From contig JBBIIG010000046.1 of assembly GCA_037446635.1 (NCBI GenBank), forward strand, positions 1 to 31,780: 31,780 nucleotides of DNA. The letters run 5' to 3'. Shown here piece by piece: positions 1 to 9,610 of this stretch (the stretch's first letter is position 1; every line of letters begins with the position of its first letter). The position numbers were made by a program, and so were the translations under genes. The DNA comes from a bacterium. Its GTDB lineage: Bacteria; Zhuqueibacterota; Zhuqueibacteria; Oceanimicrobiales; Oceanimicrobiaceae. The notes beneath the pieces are model-generated. The model did not search any database. It was not told the DNA's origin and saw only the letters and a program-made list of their open reading frames with translations.

Positions 1-1106
1 CGGCCATCAACGCCTACATCAACCGAACGCTGGCCGATGGCGACGTTTTGTTGCAGGAAAAAAAATATAGCGACGCCGAGAAGGCATTTAAGCGCGTACT
101 GTTACTGGACAAAAACAACCGAACCGCTTTGAAACAGCTTGCCGCCATCGATCAGATTTATTCCGAGTTGGCCGACGAGCATTTTTACCGCGGGCTGGTG
201 CATTTTCGGCAAAAAAATTACGCGCTGGCGAAAGCCGATTTAGAAAAAGCGTTGGAGTATAAACCGAGCCTGGAGGAGGCGCAGGTGTATATCGAGCGCG
301 TCAACGAAAAGCTCAATCAGGCCCGAAGCCAAATTCAGGCGCTGCTGGCCAGGGGCGAGGCCTTGGAACGAAAAGGCCGATACATCGAAGCCACTAACGA
401 GTATTTGGAAGTCCTTGAAAAAGATTCCGAAAACGCCCTCGCGCGGGCGCGCATCGACAGATTGCGGCCGCGAGTTGAGCGCTACGTGCAAAATAAGTTC
501 AAAGAAGGGGTGAGCTTTTTTAATAATAAAGATTACCTCAGCGCGCGCGAAGCGTTTACAACCGTCTTGTCGATCGATCCGAATCACAAGGAGGCAAAGA
601 CGTATTTGTCGCGGGTGCGAAGCGCCATCAACGATGAAATTTCCCTGCTTTTGATGCGCGCTGAGCAGGCGGCGCAGCGCGGGGAGTGGCAAGCCGCGCT
701 GGATGCCTATTCGCAGGCGCTGAGTCTCGATCCCCAAAACAGCCGCGCTCAGAAAGGCAAACAGGAAGCGCAGACCAAAGTCGAGGTCAATTCAATTCTC
801 AACAATGGGCGCGCAAAAATGGTGGAGAAAAACTTCCGCGAGGCGGTCGCCATTTTTGAAAACGCGCTGAAGTTGGAGCCCAATAACGAATCCGTCAATA
901 CTGAACTCCGGGCTGCCCGCGCCAAATTAGAAGAAGAAACCGAGCGCAAATTTTTGGATGGCATCAACCTTTATACGTTAGACCGCTACCAGGAAGCCAT
1001 CAACAAATGGAACGAAGTGCTGGAAGTCAATCCCAACCACAAGGGCGCATTGGAGTACAAACAACAGGCCGAGGAACGGCTGCGCGCTTTGAAGGATTTA
1101 AAATGA
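1..1106 (+). CDS. Tetratricopeptide-repeat protein, 5'-truncated by window edge
   Basis: Frame is open from position 3 (AINAYINRTLADGDVLLQEKK...). Repeated TPR-like helices (YSDAEKAFKRVLLLDKNN, YQEAINKWNEVLEVNPNH). Confidence 0.85.
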   Translation, partial: AINAYINRTLADGDVLLQEKKYSDAEKAFKRVLLLDKNNRTALKQLAAIDQIYSELADEHFYRGLVHFRQKNYALAKADLEKALEYKPSLEEAQVYIERVNEKLNQARSQIQALLARGEALERKGRYIEATNEYLEVLEKDSENALARARIDRLRPRVERYVQNKFKEGVSFFNNKDYLSAREAFTTVLSIDPNHKEAKTYLSRVRSAINDEISLLLMRAEQAAQRGEWQAALDAYSQALSLDPQNSRAQKGKQEAQTKVEVNSILNNGRAKMVEKNFREAVAIFENALKLEPNNESVNTELRAARAKLEEETERKFLDGINLYTLDRYQEAINKWNEVLEVNPNHKGALEYKQQAEERLRALKDLK

Positions 1107-1495
1107 TGCTCATCAGAGAAATTTATCACACCCTCACACTGGCCGACAAAATTTTGATTGCCGTCCTGACCGCGCTTTCCGTTGCCAGCTTTTTTTTAGT
1201 CGGCTACGCCGCACAGGCCGGCGCCAATGCGCTGATTACTGTCGCTGGCCAACCGCCGACTCGCAAATCCCTTCAGCACGACGACCTGTTCATTTTAGAG
1301 GGCGCCGCCGGCCGCGCGCTGATTGAAATCAGCGACGGTTCCATTCTCATCCGCGATTCCGCCTGCCCGCAAAAACTCTGCGTTCGTCAGGGCCGGATTC
1401 GCCGGGTGGGGGAGATCATCGTTTGTGTTCCCAACAAAATCACCATCTGGATTGAGGGACGCCGTCCCAACCCCTTCGATGCCGTCACCGGCTGA
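1103..1495 (+). CDS. NusG domain II-containing membrane-anchored protein (Lin0431-like)
   Basis: ATGA overlap with upstream stop. N-terminal TM, then IEISDG..SACPQKLCVRQG.I...GEIIVCVPNKI, the typical NusG_II motif. Confidence 0.85.
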   Translation: MMLIREIYHTLTLADKILIAVLTALSVASFFLVGYAAQAGANALITVAGQPPTRKSLQHDDLFILEGAAGRALIEISDGSILIRDSACPQKLCVRQGRIRRVGEIIVCVPNKITIWIEGRRPNPFDAVTG

Positions 1496-1502
1496 ACGGA
1501 CT

Positions 1503-2024
1503 GTGAAATCGTCTCAGCCGGCCCTGTCTCATTTAACCCGATTGGCAGTGTTGGCGGCGGCGGGCTCCGTGCTGTTTTTGTTTGAGTCCGCCATTCCGCG
1601 GCCGCTGCCGTGGCTGAAACCCGGCCTCTCCAACCTGGTCTCGCTGGTTGCCCTTTATTTGTACGGTTTCCGCAGCGCGTTTTTGATCATGCTGCTGCGG
1701 GTGCTCATCGGCGCCCTGATTTTAGGAACGTTCTTCAATCCGGGTTTTGTGTTCGCACTCGGCGGCGGGTGCGTTTCTACGATTTTGATGGGGTGGGCCG
1801 TCGCCGCGTTTCGCGCCCGCTTCAGCATCATCGGCGTCAGCCTGATCGGCGCGTTTTCTCACAATCTGACCCAACTGCTGCTGGCGGCGTTTTGGATCGC
1901 CAACAGCCCGCGGCTGTTTTACCTGGCGCCGTTGATGTTGCTGTCCTCACTTTTTTCTGGATTTTTAGTGGGAATTTTTGCACATTATTTCGTTCAAAAA
2001 GCGACGAAACTGCGACTGGTATAA
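1503..2024 (+). CDS. Gx transporter family / heptaprenyl diphosphate synthase component I-like membrane protein
   Basis: FESAIPRPLPWLKPGLSN, LLRVLIG, SIIGVSLIGAFSHNLTQL motifs; usual pairing with NusG-II gene. GTG start at 1503 is inferred. Confidence 0.8.
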   Translation: MKSSQPALSHLTRLAVLAAAGSVLFLFESAIPRPLPWLKPGLSNLVSLVALYLYGFRSAFLIMLLRVLIGALILGTFFNPGFVFALGGGCVSTILMGWAVAAFRARFSIIGVSLIGAFSHNLTQLLLAAFWIANSPRLFYLAPLMLLSSLFSGFLVGIFAHYFVQKATKLRLV

Positions 2025-2028
2025 TTGA

Positions 2029-2559
2029 ATGAACGCTTTGACCTGGATCGCCGAGCAAAAAATTCTCGAAGCCGTGATGTCTGGGGAACTGGATAATTTG
2101 CCCGGCGCGGGACGGCCACTCGATTTGAATGACGATTGGGGCGGCTGCTCCGCCAATCGTCTGGCTTATAAAATTTTGAAAAACGCCGGCTATCTGCCGC
2201 TGACGCTTCTCTTGCGCAAAGAAGTAGAAGGCTTGGCGCAGGAAGCGGAATCGTTGCTCCAATCCTGCCGCGAGCGCACTGCGCCTTTTTTAACTCGCAG
2301 CAGCCTTTCCGAGGAGCAACTCGACTCCTACTGGCATGTCGTGCAAACGTTTCGCGAGCGCTACCACGAGCAGATTCAGCGCATCAATCAAAAAATAACC
2401 GAGCTGCGTCACGCCTGCATTCGCGAGGAAATTATGAGCGGTCTCCGTTATGCCGCGGCGTTGGAACTGCCGCTGCTGAATGCGGACGCGCTGCTGAAAA
2501 AATTCGACGCCGAATTTACACTTGAGCGCGCGGAACCACAGCCGCATTTTGAAGTTTAG
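2029..2559 (+). CDS. DUF1992 (DnaJC28-like conserved domain) protein
   Basis: IAEQKILEAV.SGELDNLPGAGRPLDL...RLAYKILKNAGYLP...LRKEV signature. Confidence 0.8.
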   Translation: MNALTWIAEQKILEAVMSGELDNLPGAGRPLDLNDDWGGCSANRLAYKILKNAGYLPLTLLLRKEVEGLAQEAESLLQSCRERTAPFLTRSSLSEEQLDSYWHVVQTFRERYHEQIQRINQKITELRHACIREEIMSGLRYAAALELPLLNADALLKKFDAEFTLERAEPQPHFEV

Positions 2560-2604
2560 AAGAATGGTTCTTATCTCAAAAATTCTGGGTTTGATTTCCT
2601 CGAT

Positions 2605-4731
2605 ATGAAATATAGACTCTACCTTTATCTGCTGTTGGCGTGTTGGCTCACCTCGTGCGGCGCGTATTTCAACACTTTTCACAACACCAAGAAATATTTT
2701 AACGAAGCCAAAAAAGAGCGCGAGAAGCGCGAGGGCGATATTCCCACTTCCGCCGAGCAAACCAAGTACAACCAGACGATCGAGAAGGCCTCGAAAATTT
2801 TGGAGCTCTACCCCAACAGCAAATATGTGGACGACGCGGTGATGATGCTCGGCGAGTGTTTTTATCACAAGGCCGACTACATCGCGGCGGCGCGCAAATT
2901 CGAGGAACTAATCACCTATTTCCCAGGCAGCCCCTATTTTGCCAGCGCGCAGCTTTGGCTGGGAAAAACCAAAATTAAATTGCGGGACTTTGCGGGCGCG
3001 CGTTTCACCCTGCAGGAACTGGTGAACAATCCGGCCTTCAAAAAAGAACTGCGCGACGAAGGCCAGTTTTATTTGGGTGAAATCCAATTCGAGCAGGGGT
3101 ATTTTTTGGAAGCCGAGCGCGAATACAGGAAAGCGGCGGAAACCGCCGGCAAAAAGGAGATCAAAGCTTCCGCCTATTTTCAATTGGGGAAAAGCCAAAT
3201 CAAAATTCAGGATTATCCGCAGGCGGCCGCCAGCTTCCGGCAGGCCATCAAAAGCAGCTCGGATAAGCGTTTCGTTTTCAGCGCTGAATTGAACCTGGCG
3301 ACTGCTATTAAATTGGCGGGTGATTTTCGTGAGGCCACGAGTATTTTGTCCAAGCTGCTGCAGGATCAAACATCAAAGGATCGGCACGGACTGGTTAAGT
3401 TGGAGCTCGCCGATTGCCTCTACCGCGAAGGCAAGGCGCTGCAAGAAAAATTGAAGGGGGCGAATGCCGAGCATCTCGGCAAGATCGAACAAGCGCTGGA
3501 CGAGTACAAAAAGATTTTGCTGGAGTACAAAAAAACCGAAGTCGCGGCGCAAGCTAATTTTGAGATTGCCAGAATTTATGAGGAGGACTACGGCGACTTT
3601 GCCAGCGCTAAAGATTATTATGAGAAGGTCAAGCTCGAGTCCACGAAATCGGAGTTTGTGCCGGCTTCGATAAAAAAAGCCAAAGACATCGGCGATTTGA
3701 TCCGGCTCAACGCCATGGTTAAAAAATCTCAGGGGATGCAGCTTGAAAAAAGAAAGGGCGCCAACTCTCAACAGTTGTCGGAGCTGGAACTGCTGCTTTT
3801 GGAACACGGCGTCCACCCCGAGCTGCGCTTCATACAAAAAAGGAAAAAGCAGGAGCATTTGGCGATGGCCAGCCAACCGCAGCCGAAAAACGACAGCGTC
3901 CCGCTCAAAAGCGCCAATGGCGCGCAAAGCGACGACGAGATCGATGCGCTGGTCGCTAACAAGCTGCAATTGGCGGAAATCTACCTTTTTCAATTTTCGC
4001 AAATCGATTCCGCGAGGCAGGAATATAATGAGATCATCAAACTTTTCCCCAACCATCCGGGCTGCGCCAAGGCGATTTTTTCCAACGCCCTGATTTACGA
4101 AAACCAGTATCGCGACAAATTCAAAGCCGATTCGCTTCTGTACGCGCTCATCAACCGTTTTCCCGATTCCTACCAGGCGCAGGAGGCGCGCAAAATTCTG
4201 GGCTTGCCGCTGGTGGTGAACCGCAACGAAATCGCGGCGGATTTATACAAAAGCGCGGAGCACAATCTTTTTTCCAGCCGCAACACGTCAGCGGCCATTG
4301 CCGAATTTCAGAAGCTCTATGAGAATTTTCCGACATCAGACTACGCCCCCAAAGCTTTGTTCGCGCTGGGCTGGATTTATGAGAAGATGACGCATGAAAA
4401 CCACAAAGCGGTGGCGGTCTATCGCGAGATCATGCAGAAATATCCCGACTCAGAGTATTCAAAAACCATCAAAAGAAAATTGGAGGAAGTAGAAAAAGCC
4501 GAGAAACAAGCCGCGCTTGAAAAGCAGAGGGCCGCTCAAGCTGCGGCTGAACAGCCAACCGCAACAACTGAGAAGGTTGACTCCACCGCGGCGGAAGTTA
4601 GGCTGCCAATTACGGAATCTTTGGAAGACTCGTTGCGTTCAGCGTCAAGAAAGTCGCCCGTCAAAGAAGAGGTCAAACCAGTCACGGACCAAGATCGCAT
4701 TAAAAAAGAGGCAGATAAACCGGTACCCTGA
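2605..4731 (+). CDS. Large TPR lipoprotein (BamD/CpoB-type repeats; PorW/SprE-like N-terminus)
   Basis: Lipobox-like LTSC at residues 15-18; repeated FEELITYFPGSPY / YENFPTSDYAPKALF motifs; low-complexity C-terminal tail. Confidence 0.8.
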   Translation: MKYRLYLYLLLACWLTSCGAYFNTFHNTKKYFNEAKKEREKREGDIPTSAEQTKYNQTIEKASKILELYPNSKYVDDAVMMLGECFYHKADYIAAARKFEELITYFPGSPYFASAQLWLGKTKIKLRDFAGARFTLQELVNNPAFKKELRDEGQFYLGEIQFEQGYFLEAEREYRKAAETAGKKEIKASAYFQLGKSQIKIQDYPQAAASFRQAIKSSSDKRFVFSAELNLATAIKLAGDFREATSILSKLLQDQTSKDRHGLVKLELADCLYREGKALQEKLKGANAEHLGKIEQALDEYKKILLEYKKTEVAAQANFEIARIYEEDYGDFASAKDYYEKVKLESTKSEFVPASIKKAKDIGDLIRLNAMVKKSQGMQLEKRKGANSQQLSELELLLLEHGVHPELRFIQKRKKQEHLAMASQPQPKNDSVPLKSANGAQSDDEIDALVANKLQLAEIYLFQFSQIDSARQEYNEIIKLFPNHPGCAKAIFSNALIYENQYRDKFKADSLLYALINRFPDSYQAQEARKILGLPLVVNRNEIAADLYKSAEHNLFSSRNTSAAIAEFQKLYENFPTSDYAPKALFALGWIYEKMTHENHKAVAVYREIMQKYPDSEYSKTIKRKLEEVEKAEKQAALEKQRAAQAAAEQPTATTEKVDSTAAEVRLPITESLEDSLRSASRKSPVKEEVKPVTDQDRIKKEADKPVP

Positions 4732-5555
4732 TGACTGAAACTTTTGATCGTCGTAAAGGAATTTATGATTGTCCAATCCTCTCCGTCAAAAATCTGAGCG
4801 GCGCCATTTATTTGATGCGCCTCCACTCTCCCGCCATTGCCCAAAGCGTTCATCCGGGGCAGTTTGTTAATCTGAAAGTCAATGATGAATTCATCCCTTT
4901 GCTGCGCAAGCCGTTCAGTGTTTGCCGCCGCGATCAGCGCGAAGGGTGGATTGAAGTTCTGTGGAAAATCGTCGGCAAAGGCACCGAGATCTTGGCCGGC
5001 TGCCGGGCCGGCGAACTGCTGAATGTGCTCGGCCCTTTGGGACACGGCTACACCATTCGCCCGGAGCTGGAGTTAGCGATTCTGGTGGGCGGCGGATTGG
5101 GCGTCGCGCCGCTGCCTTTTCTGTGCGAAGAAATTTTGAAAGCCGGAAAAAAAGTTGAAGTTTTTTTAGGGGCGAAGTCAGAGCCGGAGTTGGCCTTGGT
5201 GCCGGAGTTTATTGAAATGGGAGTGGAGGTGTTTGTCGCCACCGAGGACGGCAGCGTTGGCAATGCCGGTTTGGTTACCGAGATTTTGATCGAACGCCTG
5301 AAACGATCGCTGCCGCAGCGGGTCAATTTATTTAGCTGCGGCCCGACCGGATTTTTGAACCGCATGATTCAAATTACCGAAAGCTTTAACCTCGAGGGGC
5401 AGATGGCCATCGAAACCATGATGGGCTGCGGTTTCGGAATTTGCGTCGGCTGCCCGGTGCGAGTTCGCGATCCCCGGCCCGGCGAGCGTTTGTACAAATT
5501 AACCTGCATCGATGGGCCGGTGTTCGACGCGCGGGAGGTGATTCTGAGTGATTGA
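4731..5555 (+). CDS. pyrK: Dihydroorotate dehydrogenase electron transfer subunit
   Basis: PGQFV, LRKPFS, GPLGHG, GGGLGVAPL, CGP, MGCGFGICVGC...C 2Fe-2S motif; adjacent to pyrD. Confidence 0.95.
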   Translation: MTETFDRRKGIYDCPILSVKNLSGAIYLMRLHSPAIAQSVHPGQFVNLKVNDEFIPLLRKPFSVCRRDQREGWIEVLWKIVGKGTEILAGCRAGELLNVLGPLGHGYTIRPELELAILVGGGLGVAPLPFLCEEILKAGKKVEVFLGAKSEPELALVPEFIEMGVEVFVATEDGSVGNAGLVTEILIERLKRSLPQRVNLFSCGPTGFLNRMIQITESFNLEGQMAIETMMGCGFGICVGCPVRVRDPRPGERLYKLTCIDGPVFDAREVILSD

Positions 5556-6459
5556 TCTCTCCATTGAAATCGGCGGCTTGCGTTTGAAGAACCCCGTGCT
5601 GGCGGCTTCGGGCACGTTTGGCTACGGCCAGGAAAGCGCCGACCTGGTGGATCTCAACGCCCTCGGCGGCATCGTTACCAAATCGGTCACTCTCCAACCC
5701 CGCGACGGCAACCCACCGCCGCGCATCGTGGAGCTGCCGGCCGGCCTGTTAAATTCCATCGGCCTGGCGAACGTGGGCGTCGAAGGGTTCATCAAAGAGA
5801 AGCTGCCGTTTTTGCGAAGCGTGAAAACAGCGGTCATCGTGAATGTCGCGGGCAGCGCTGGCGATGAGTTTTTGAAGGTGGTGGAACGGTTGGAAAATGA
5901 GGAAGGGATTCACGCCTATGAGTTGAATTTTTCCTGTCCCAATGTCAAAGAGGGTGGATTGGAGTTCAGTCAGGAGCCGCGAGTTACGTCGCAAGTGACG
6001 TCGTTGGTTCGAAACGCAACACGCCGCCCGTTGATCGTCAAACTCACTCCCAATGTCACCCGCATCAGCGACATTGCCCGCGCCGCCAAAGAGAGCGGCG
6101 CCGACGCCGTTTCTCTCATCAACACTCTGGTGGGCATGGCGGTGGACATCCAAACCCGCCGCCCAAAAATTAACACCGTGACCGGCGGCTATTCCGGCCC
6201 GGCGATCAAGCCGGTGGCGCTGGCCAAAGTTTATGAAGTAGCGAAACACGTTGATATTCCCATCATTGGAATTGGCGGCATCATGAACGGCCGCGACGCG
6301 CTGGAATTTATCCTCACCGGCGCTGCGGCCATTCAAGTGGGCACCGCGAATTTCATCGACCCGCGAACCGGAGAAAAAATCATCGCCGAGCTGATGGATT
6401 TCTGCCAACGAAATGGGCTGCAGTCGATTCGAGAATTGGTGGGCAGCTTGCGGATTTAG
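5548..6459 (+). CDS. pyrD: Dihydroorotate dehydrogenase family 1B catalytic subunit
   Basis: NPVLAASGTFGYG, LNSIGLAN, ELNFSCPNV, KLTPNV, INTLVGM, GGYSGPAIKP. Confidence 0.96.
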   Translation: MIDLSIEIGGLRLKNPVLAASGTFGYGQESADLVDLNALGGIVTKSVTLQPRDGNPPPRIVELPAGLLNSIGLANVGVEGFIKEKLPFLRSVKTAVIVNVAGSAGDEFLKVVERLENEEGIHAYELNFSCPNVKEGGLEFSQEPRVTSQVTSLVRNATRRPLIVKLTPNVTRISDIARAAKESGADAVSLINTLVGMAVDIQTRRPKINTVTGGYSGPAIKPVALAKVYEVAKHVDIPIIGIGGIMNGRDALEFILTGAAAIQVGTANFIDPRTGEKIIAELMDFCQRNGLQSIRELVGSLRI

Positions 6460-6585
6460 GTCGTGCCGGAAGCCGCACGGATTGAAGAAAACACGCCGAT
6501 GAAACTCCAAAGAGAAAATCCGTGTGAGTCTTCAATTTGTTTGGTGTATTTGTAACGAATTAGTCAGGTTAGAAGGGAGGGAAGC

Positions 6586-7413
6586 TTGGATCTCAAAAAG
6601 TTTGGCGTTCGTGCCCTGGTCACCGTTGTCTTTGGACCGTTCATACTTTTTTGCGCCTGGAAAGGTGGCTATCTTTTTCTGGCGTTGGTAACCTCGCTAG
6701 TGATTTTAGGGGTATATGAATTTTATGGGCTGGCAGTGCAAAAAGTCACCAACCCCGAGCGCGTTCTGGGCGTAATGTTGAGCGCGGCTTTGTGTATCAT
6801 CGTGTTTTTCGGAGGTGTGTCGTCTGCCTGGATTATTTTTGCTGCGGCGATTTTTTTTCTTGGCAGCTATGAACTCTTCCGCAACGAAGTCGCTCCCATT
6901 TTAAACCTGGCCGCCACGTTGATGGGAATTCTCTACGTGGCGTTTTCACTCAGCTTTCTCATTCTAATTCGCGAGCTGCCGGGAGAGATTAATCTAAAAT
7001 ACAACCAGGGCGGGCAGATCGTGATTCTGTTTTTTCTCGCCATCTGGTTGTGCGACACCATGGCCTACATACTCGGATCGCAATTTGGCCGGCACAAGCT
7101 GTTCGAACGGGTGAGTCCCAACAAAACGGTGGAAGGGACGGTTTTGGGATTTTTGTTCGCGGTGGGGGTGGCCTACGTTTGCCAACAGACGTTTTTGAGT
7201 TACATGAGATTGCTGGATGCGTTGACCATCGGCGCCATTTGCGGGAGTGTGGGACAGGTGAGCGATTTGCTGGAGTCGCTGCTCAAGCGCGACGCGCGGG
7301 TGAAGGATTCGTCCAATCTCATTCCCGGCCACGGCGGAATTTTGGACCGCTTTGACAGCGAAATCTTGGCTGCGCCAGCGGTGTATGTTTATTTGAAATT
7401 CGTGGCGTTTTGA
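6586..7413 (+). CDS. cdsA: Phosphatidate cytidylyltransferase
   Basis: DTMAY..G..FGRHKL..RVSPNKTVEG and ESLLKRDARVKDSSNLIPGHGGILDRFDS; TTG start behind GGAGG. Confidence 0.95.
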   Translation: MDLKKFGVRALVTVVFGPFILFCAWKGGYLFLALVTSLVILGVYEFYGLAVQKVTNPERVLGVMLSAALCIIVFFGGVSSAWIIFAAAIFFLGSYELFRNEVAPILNLAATLMGILYVAFSLSFLILIRELPGEINLKYNQGGQIVILFFLAIWLCDTMAYILGSQFGRHKLFERVSPNKTVEGTVLGFLFAVGVAYVCQQTFLSYMRLLDALTIGAICGSVGQVSDLLESLLKRDARVKDSSNLIPGHGGILDRFDSEILAAPAVYVYLKFVAF

Positions 7414-7414
7414 T

Positions 7415-8362
7415 TCACGCCAAAATGTTCCCATCCTCCAATATTTTCCTGCCGTCGATCAAAATCGTGGGTTTCAGAATCACGCCTTTAATGGCCTGAA
7501 TGATTTTGCCGTGCACTTTGGTGATCTGGTATTCGCCCACAGCGACGTGAGCGGTGCCATAGACCTTTTCGTCTTCCGGCAGCGAACGCCCGAAGCTCAC
7601 CTGGTCATTGGTGCCAATTCCCAGTTCATGCAGCTTACGCCCGGCGCTGCCGTATTTGCGGAGCGCCTTGCGCAGCAACTCCGCTTCCTGTGCGCCCTTC
7701 ACCTGGGTGATGGTGCCGCTGCGGACTTTAAGAGTGATGAGTTTATTCAGCGCTTTGTTTTGCCCAGCGATGCGATCCAAAACGATCTCGCCGTCCACGT
7801 TGTTGCTCAACGCCACGCAGGCTTCGCCGGCCGGCAGGGTGGTCAATTGGCCGCTCTCTTTCGCCAGGCCGGTGTTCGCCTTGCCTTTGGTTTTCGCGAG
7901 TTTGATTTTGGCGTCCGTGCCGCTGGGAGATTTAATAATCAAATTTTTGCCGATGGAAAAAATATCGGCCAGGCGGCGGCTCAGCGTCGCCACCTTGTTG
8001 AAGTTAACCTGCAATAGTTGTTCGAAGATATTTTGCGAAGCGTAGTTGAGGAGCAGGATGCGCGTGCCTTTTTGCCGCGCTGAATCGAACAGCCGCTCCG
8101 AGATGGTTTTCGAGCTGAGGATAACCACACAATCGTTGTTGCCTAATGAATTATAAATGGAGGGCGGCAGCCCCAGATAATTGGAGAATTGATGGGAAAA
8201 AAGAGTAAGCTGCGCAAACTTGGTGCTCATGCGCGCCCGTTTCCACAGGACGGTGGCTATCTCCGAAAGCGTTTCTTCGGCGACGATGTGCAGCGACTCG
8301 TGAGGCTTCAACCCCACGCACTCTTTGAAAATGCTGCGGGCGGATTTCTCCAAGGTGTTCAT
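7415..8362 (-). CDS. M29/aminopeptidase T-like protein, apparently missing C-terminal metal ligands
   Basis: GTD, LPAGE, ELGIGTND, EDEKVYGTAHVAVG, ILKPTILIDG motifs present; the expected HxD before 'GVILKPT' reads AIK. Confidence 0.8.
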   Translation of the reverse strand: MNTLEKSARSIFKECVGLKPHESLHIVAEETLSEIATVLWKRARMSTKFAQLTLFSHQFSNYLGLPPSIYNSLGNNDCVVILSSKTISERLFDSARQKGTRILLLNYASQNIFEQLLQVNFNKVATLSRRLADIFSIGKNLIIKSPSGTDAKIKLAKTKGKANTGLAKESGQLTTLPAGEACVALSNNVDGEIVLDRIAGQNKALNKLITLKVRSGTITQVKGAQEAELLRKALRKYGSAGRKLHELGIGTNDQVSFGRSLPEDEKVYGTAHVAVGEYQITKVHGKIIQAIKGVILKPTILIDGRKILEDGNILA

Positions 8363-8368
8363 AGAGCT

Positions 8369-9607
8369 CTAAGTTTGCAGCGCGACGTGCGCAAAAACTT
8401 TGGCGTCGTCGATGATGTTTTTGATTTTCACATATTCGTTCGGCTCGTGCAGCGTCTCGTCCTGAGTAGCCCACACGGCGGCGTTGAACCCGGCCTTTCT
8501 GAAAAACGCCGCCACCGTGCCGCCGCCGATTCCGATCGCTCTGGGCTGGAGGCCGCGAATTTCGATGATGGCTTTCTCCAGCGCTTTCACCACCGGCGCG
8601 TCTGGCGGCGTGGGCGGCGCGGCCCGTCCGTCCAGCTCGCAGGTCATCTCAATTTTAACTTTGTGGCGGGTTTCCACTTCCTGGCACAGGCGTCTAACGT
8701 TTTCTAAAAAAAGATCGATATCATAATTTGGAAGAATCCGGCAGTCAAAATAAAAGACTTCCTCGTCCGGGATGGTATTAACGTTGGGAACGTTGGCCGC
8801 GTGTTTGGTCGGCTCAAAGGTGCTGGTGGGCGGCTCGAACATCGGATCGACGACATTGTACATCAGATAAAGGTTGTTCATCTTCACGATCAAATTGGCG
8901 GCCGCTTTGAATGCGTTCACGCCTTTCTCGGGTGTGGAAGCGTGAGTGGTTTTGCCCAGCACCCGGAATTTAAGCCACACGATGCTTTTCTCGGCCACTT
9001 CGATCACCGAACCGTCGGCCGCTCCGGAATCCGGAATGATGATCAAATCTTCTTTCTTAAAAATATCTTTATGGTTTTCCAGCAAAAATTGAATACCGAA
9101 CTTGTTGCCAGTCTCTTCGTCGGCGGCCAGCACCAAACCCAGATCAAAGGCCGGCGGCGCCCCTTCGTCGTAAAAGGCTTTGGCCGCAATTAACGAAGAG
9201 GTGATTCCCTGCTGATTATCCTCGACGCCGCGGCCGTAAATTTTGCCGTCCTCCACCCGCGCTTTCCAGGGATCGCTGAGCCATTTGTTCAGATTGCCCG
9301 GAGGCACCACGTCGATGTGAGACATGATCCACAGCGTGCGGGCCGAACTTTTGCCGTTCATCTTTGCGACTAAATTGGGACGATAGCCGCCGCTGACGCG
9401 CGCATCCGGCGCGTTGTAAAAAGTTGCTTCGCAATTCAGCCGGGTTTTCAGATACGATTGCAGGTACTCGGCTTTTTTCAACTCGCCGTCGCCGCCGTTT
9501 TCCGGCGCCAGCGCCGGGTTGGCGGTGAGCTGCGTTTGGATTTCAATGACTTCGTCTTGATAGGAATCGATGCGTTTGCAAATTTTGTCGAGTAGCGTTT
9601 TGTCCAT
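8369..9607 (-). CDS. M20 family metallohydrolase (DapE/ArgE-like)
   Basis: SHIDVVP, YGRGVEDNQQG, ADEETG, HASTP, IGGGT, HEPNE; metal-binding and catalytic residues intact. Confidence 0.92.
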   Translation of the reverse strand: MDKTLLDKICKRIDSYQDEVIEIQTQLTANPALAPENGGDGELKKAEYLQSYLKTRLNCEATFYNAPDARVSGGYRPNLVAKMNGKSSARTLWIMSHIDVVPPGNLNKWLSDPWKARVEDGKIYGRGVEDNQQGITSSLIAAKAFYDEGAPPAFDLGLVLAADEETGNKFGIQFLLENHKDIFKKEDLIIIPDSGAADGSVIEVAEKSIVWLKFRVLGKTTHASTPEKGVNAFKAAANLIVKMNNLYLMYNVVDPMFEPPTSTFEPTKHAANVPNVNTIPDEEVFYFDCRILPNYDIDLFLENVRRLCQEVETRHKVKIEMTCELDGRAAPPTPPDAPVVKALEKAIIEIRGLQPRAIGIGGGTVAAFFRKAGFNAAVWATQDETLHEPNEYVKIKNIIDDAKVFAHVALQT

Positions 9608-9610
9608 TGG

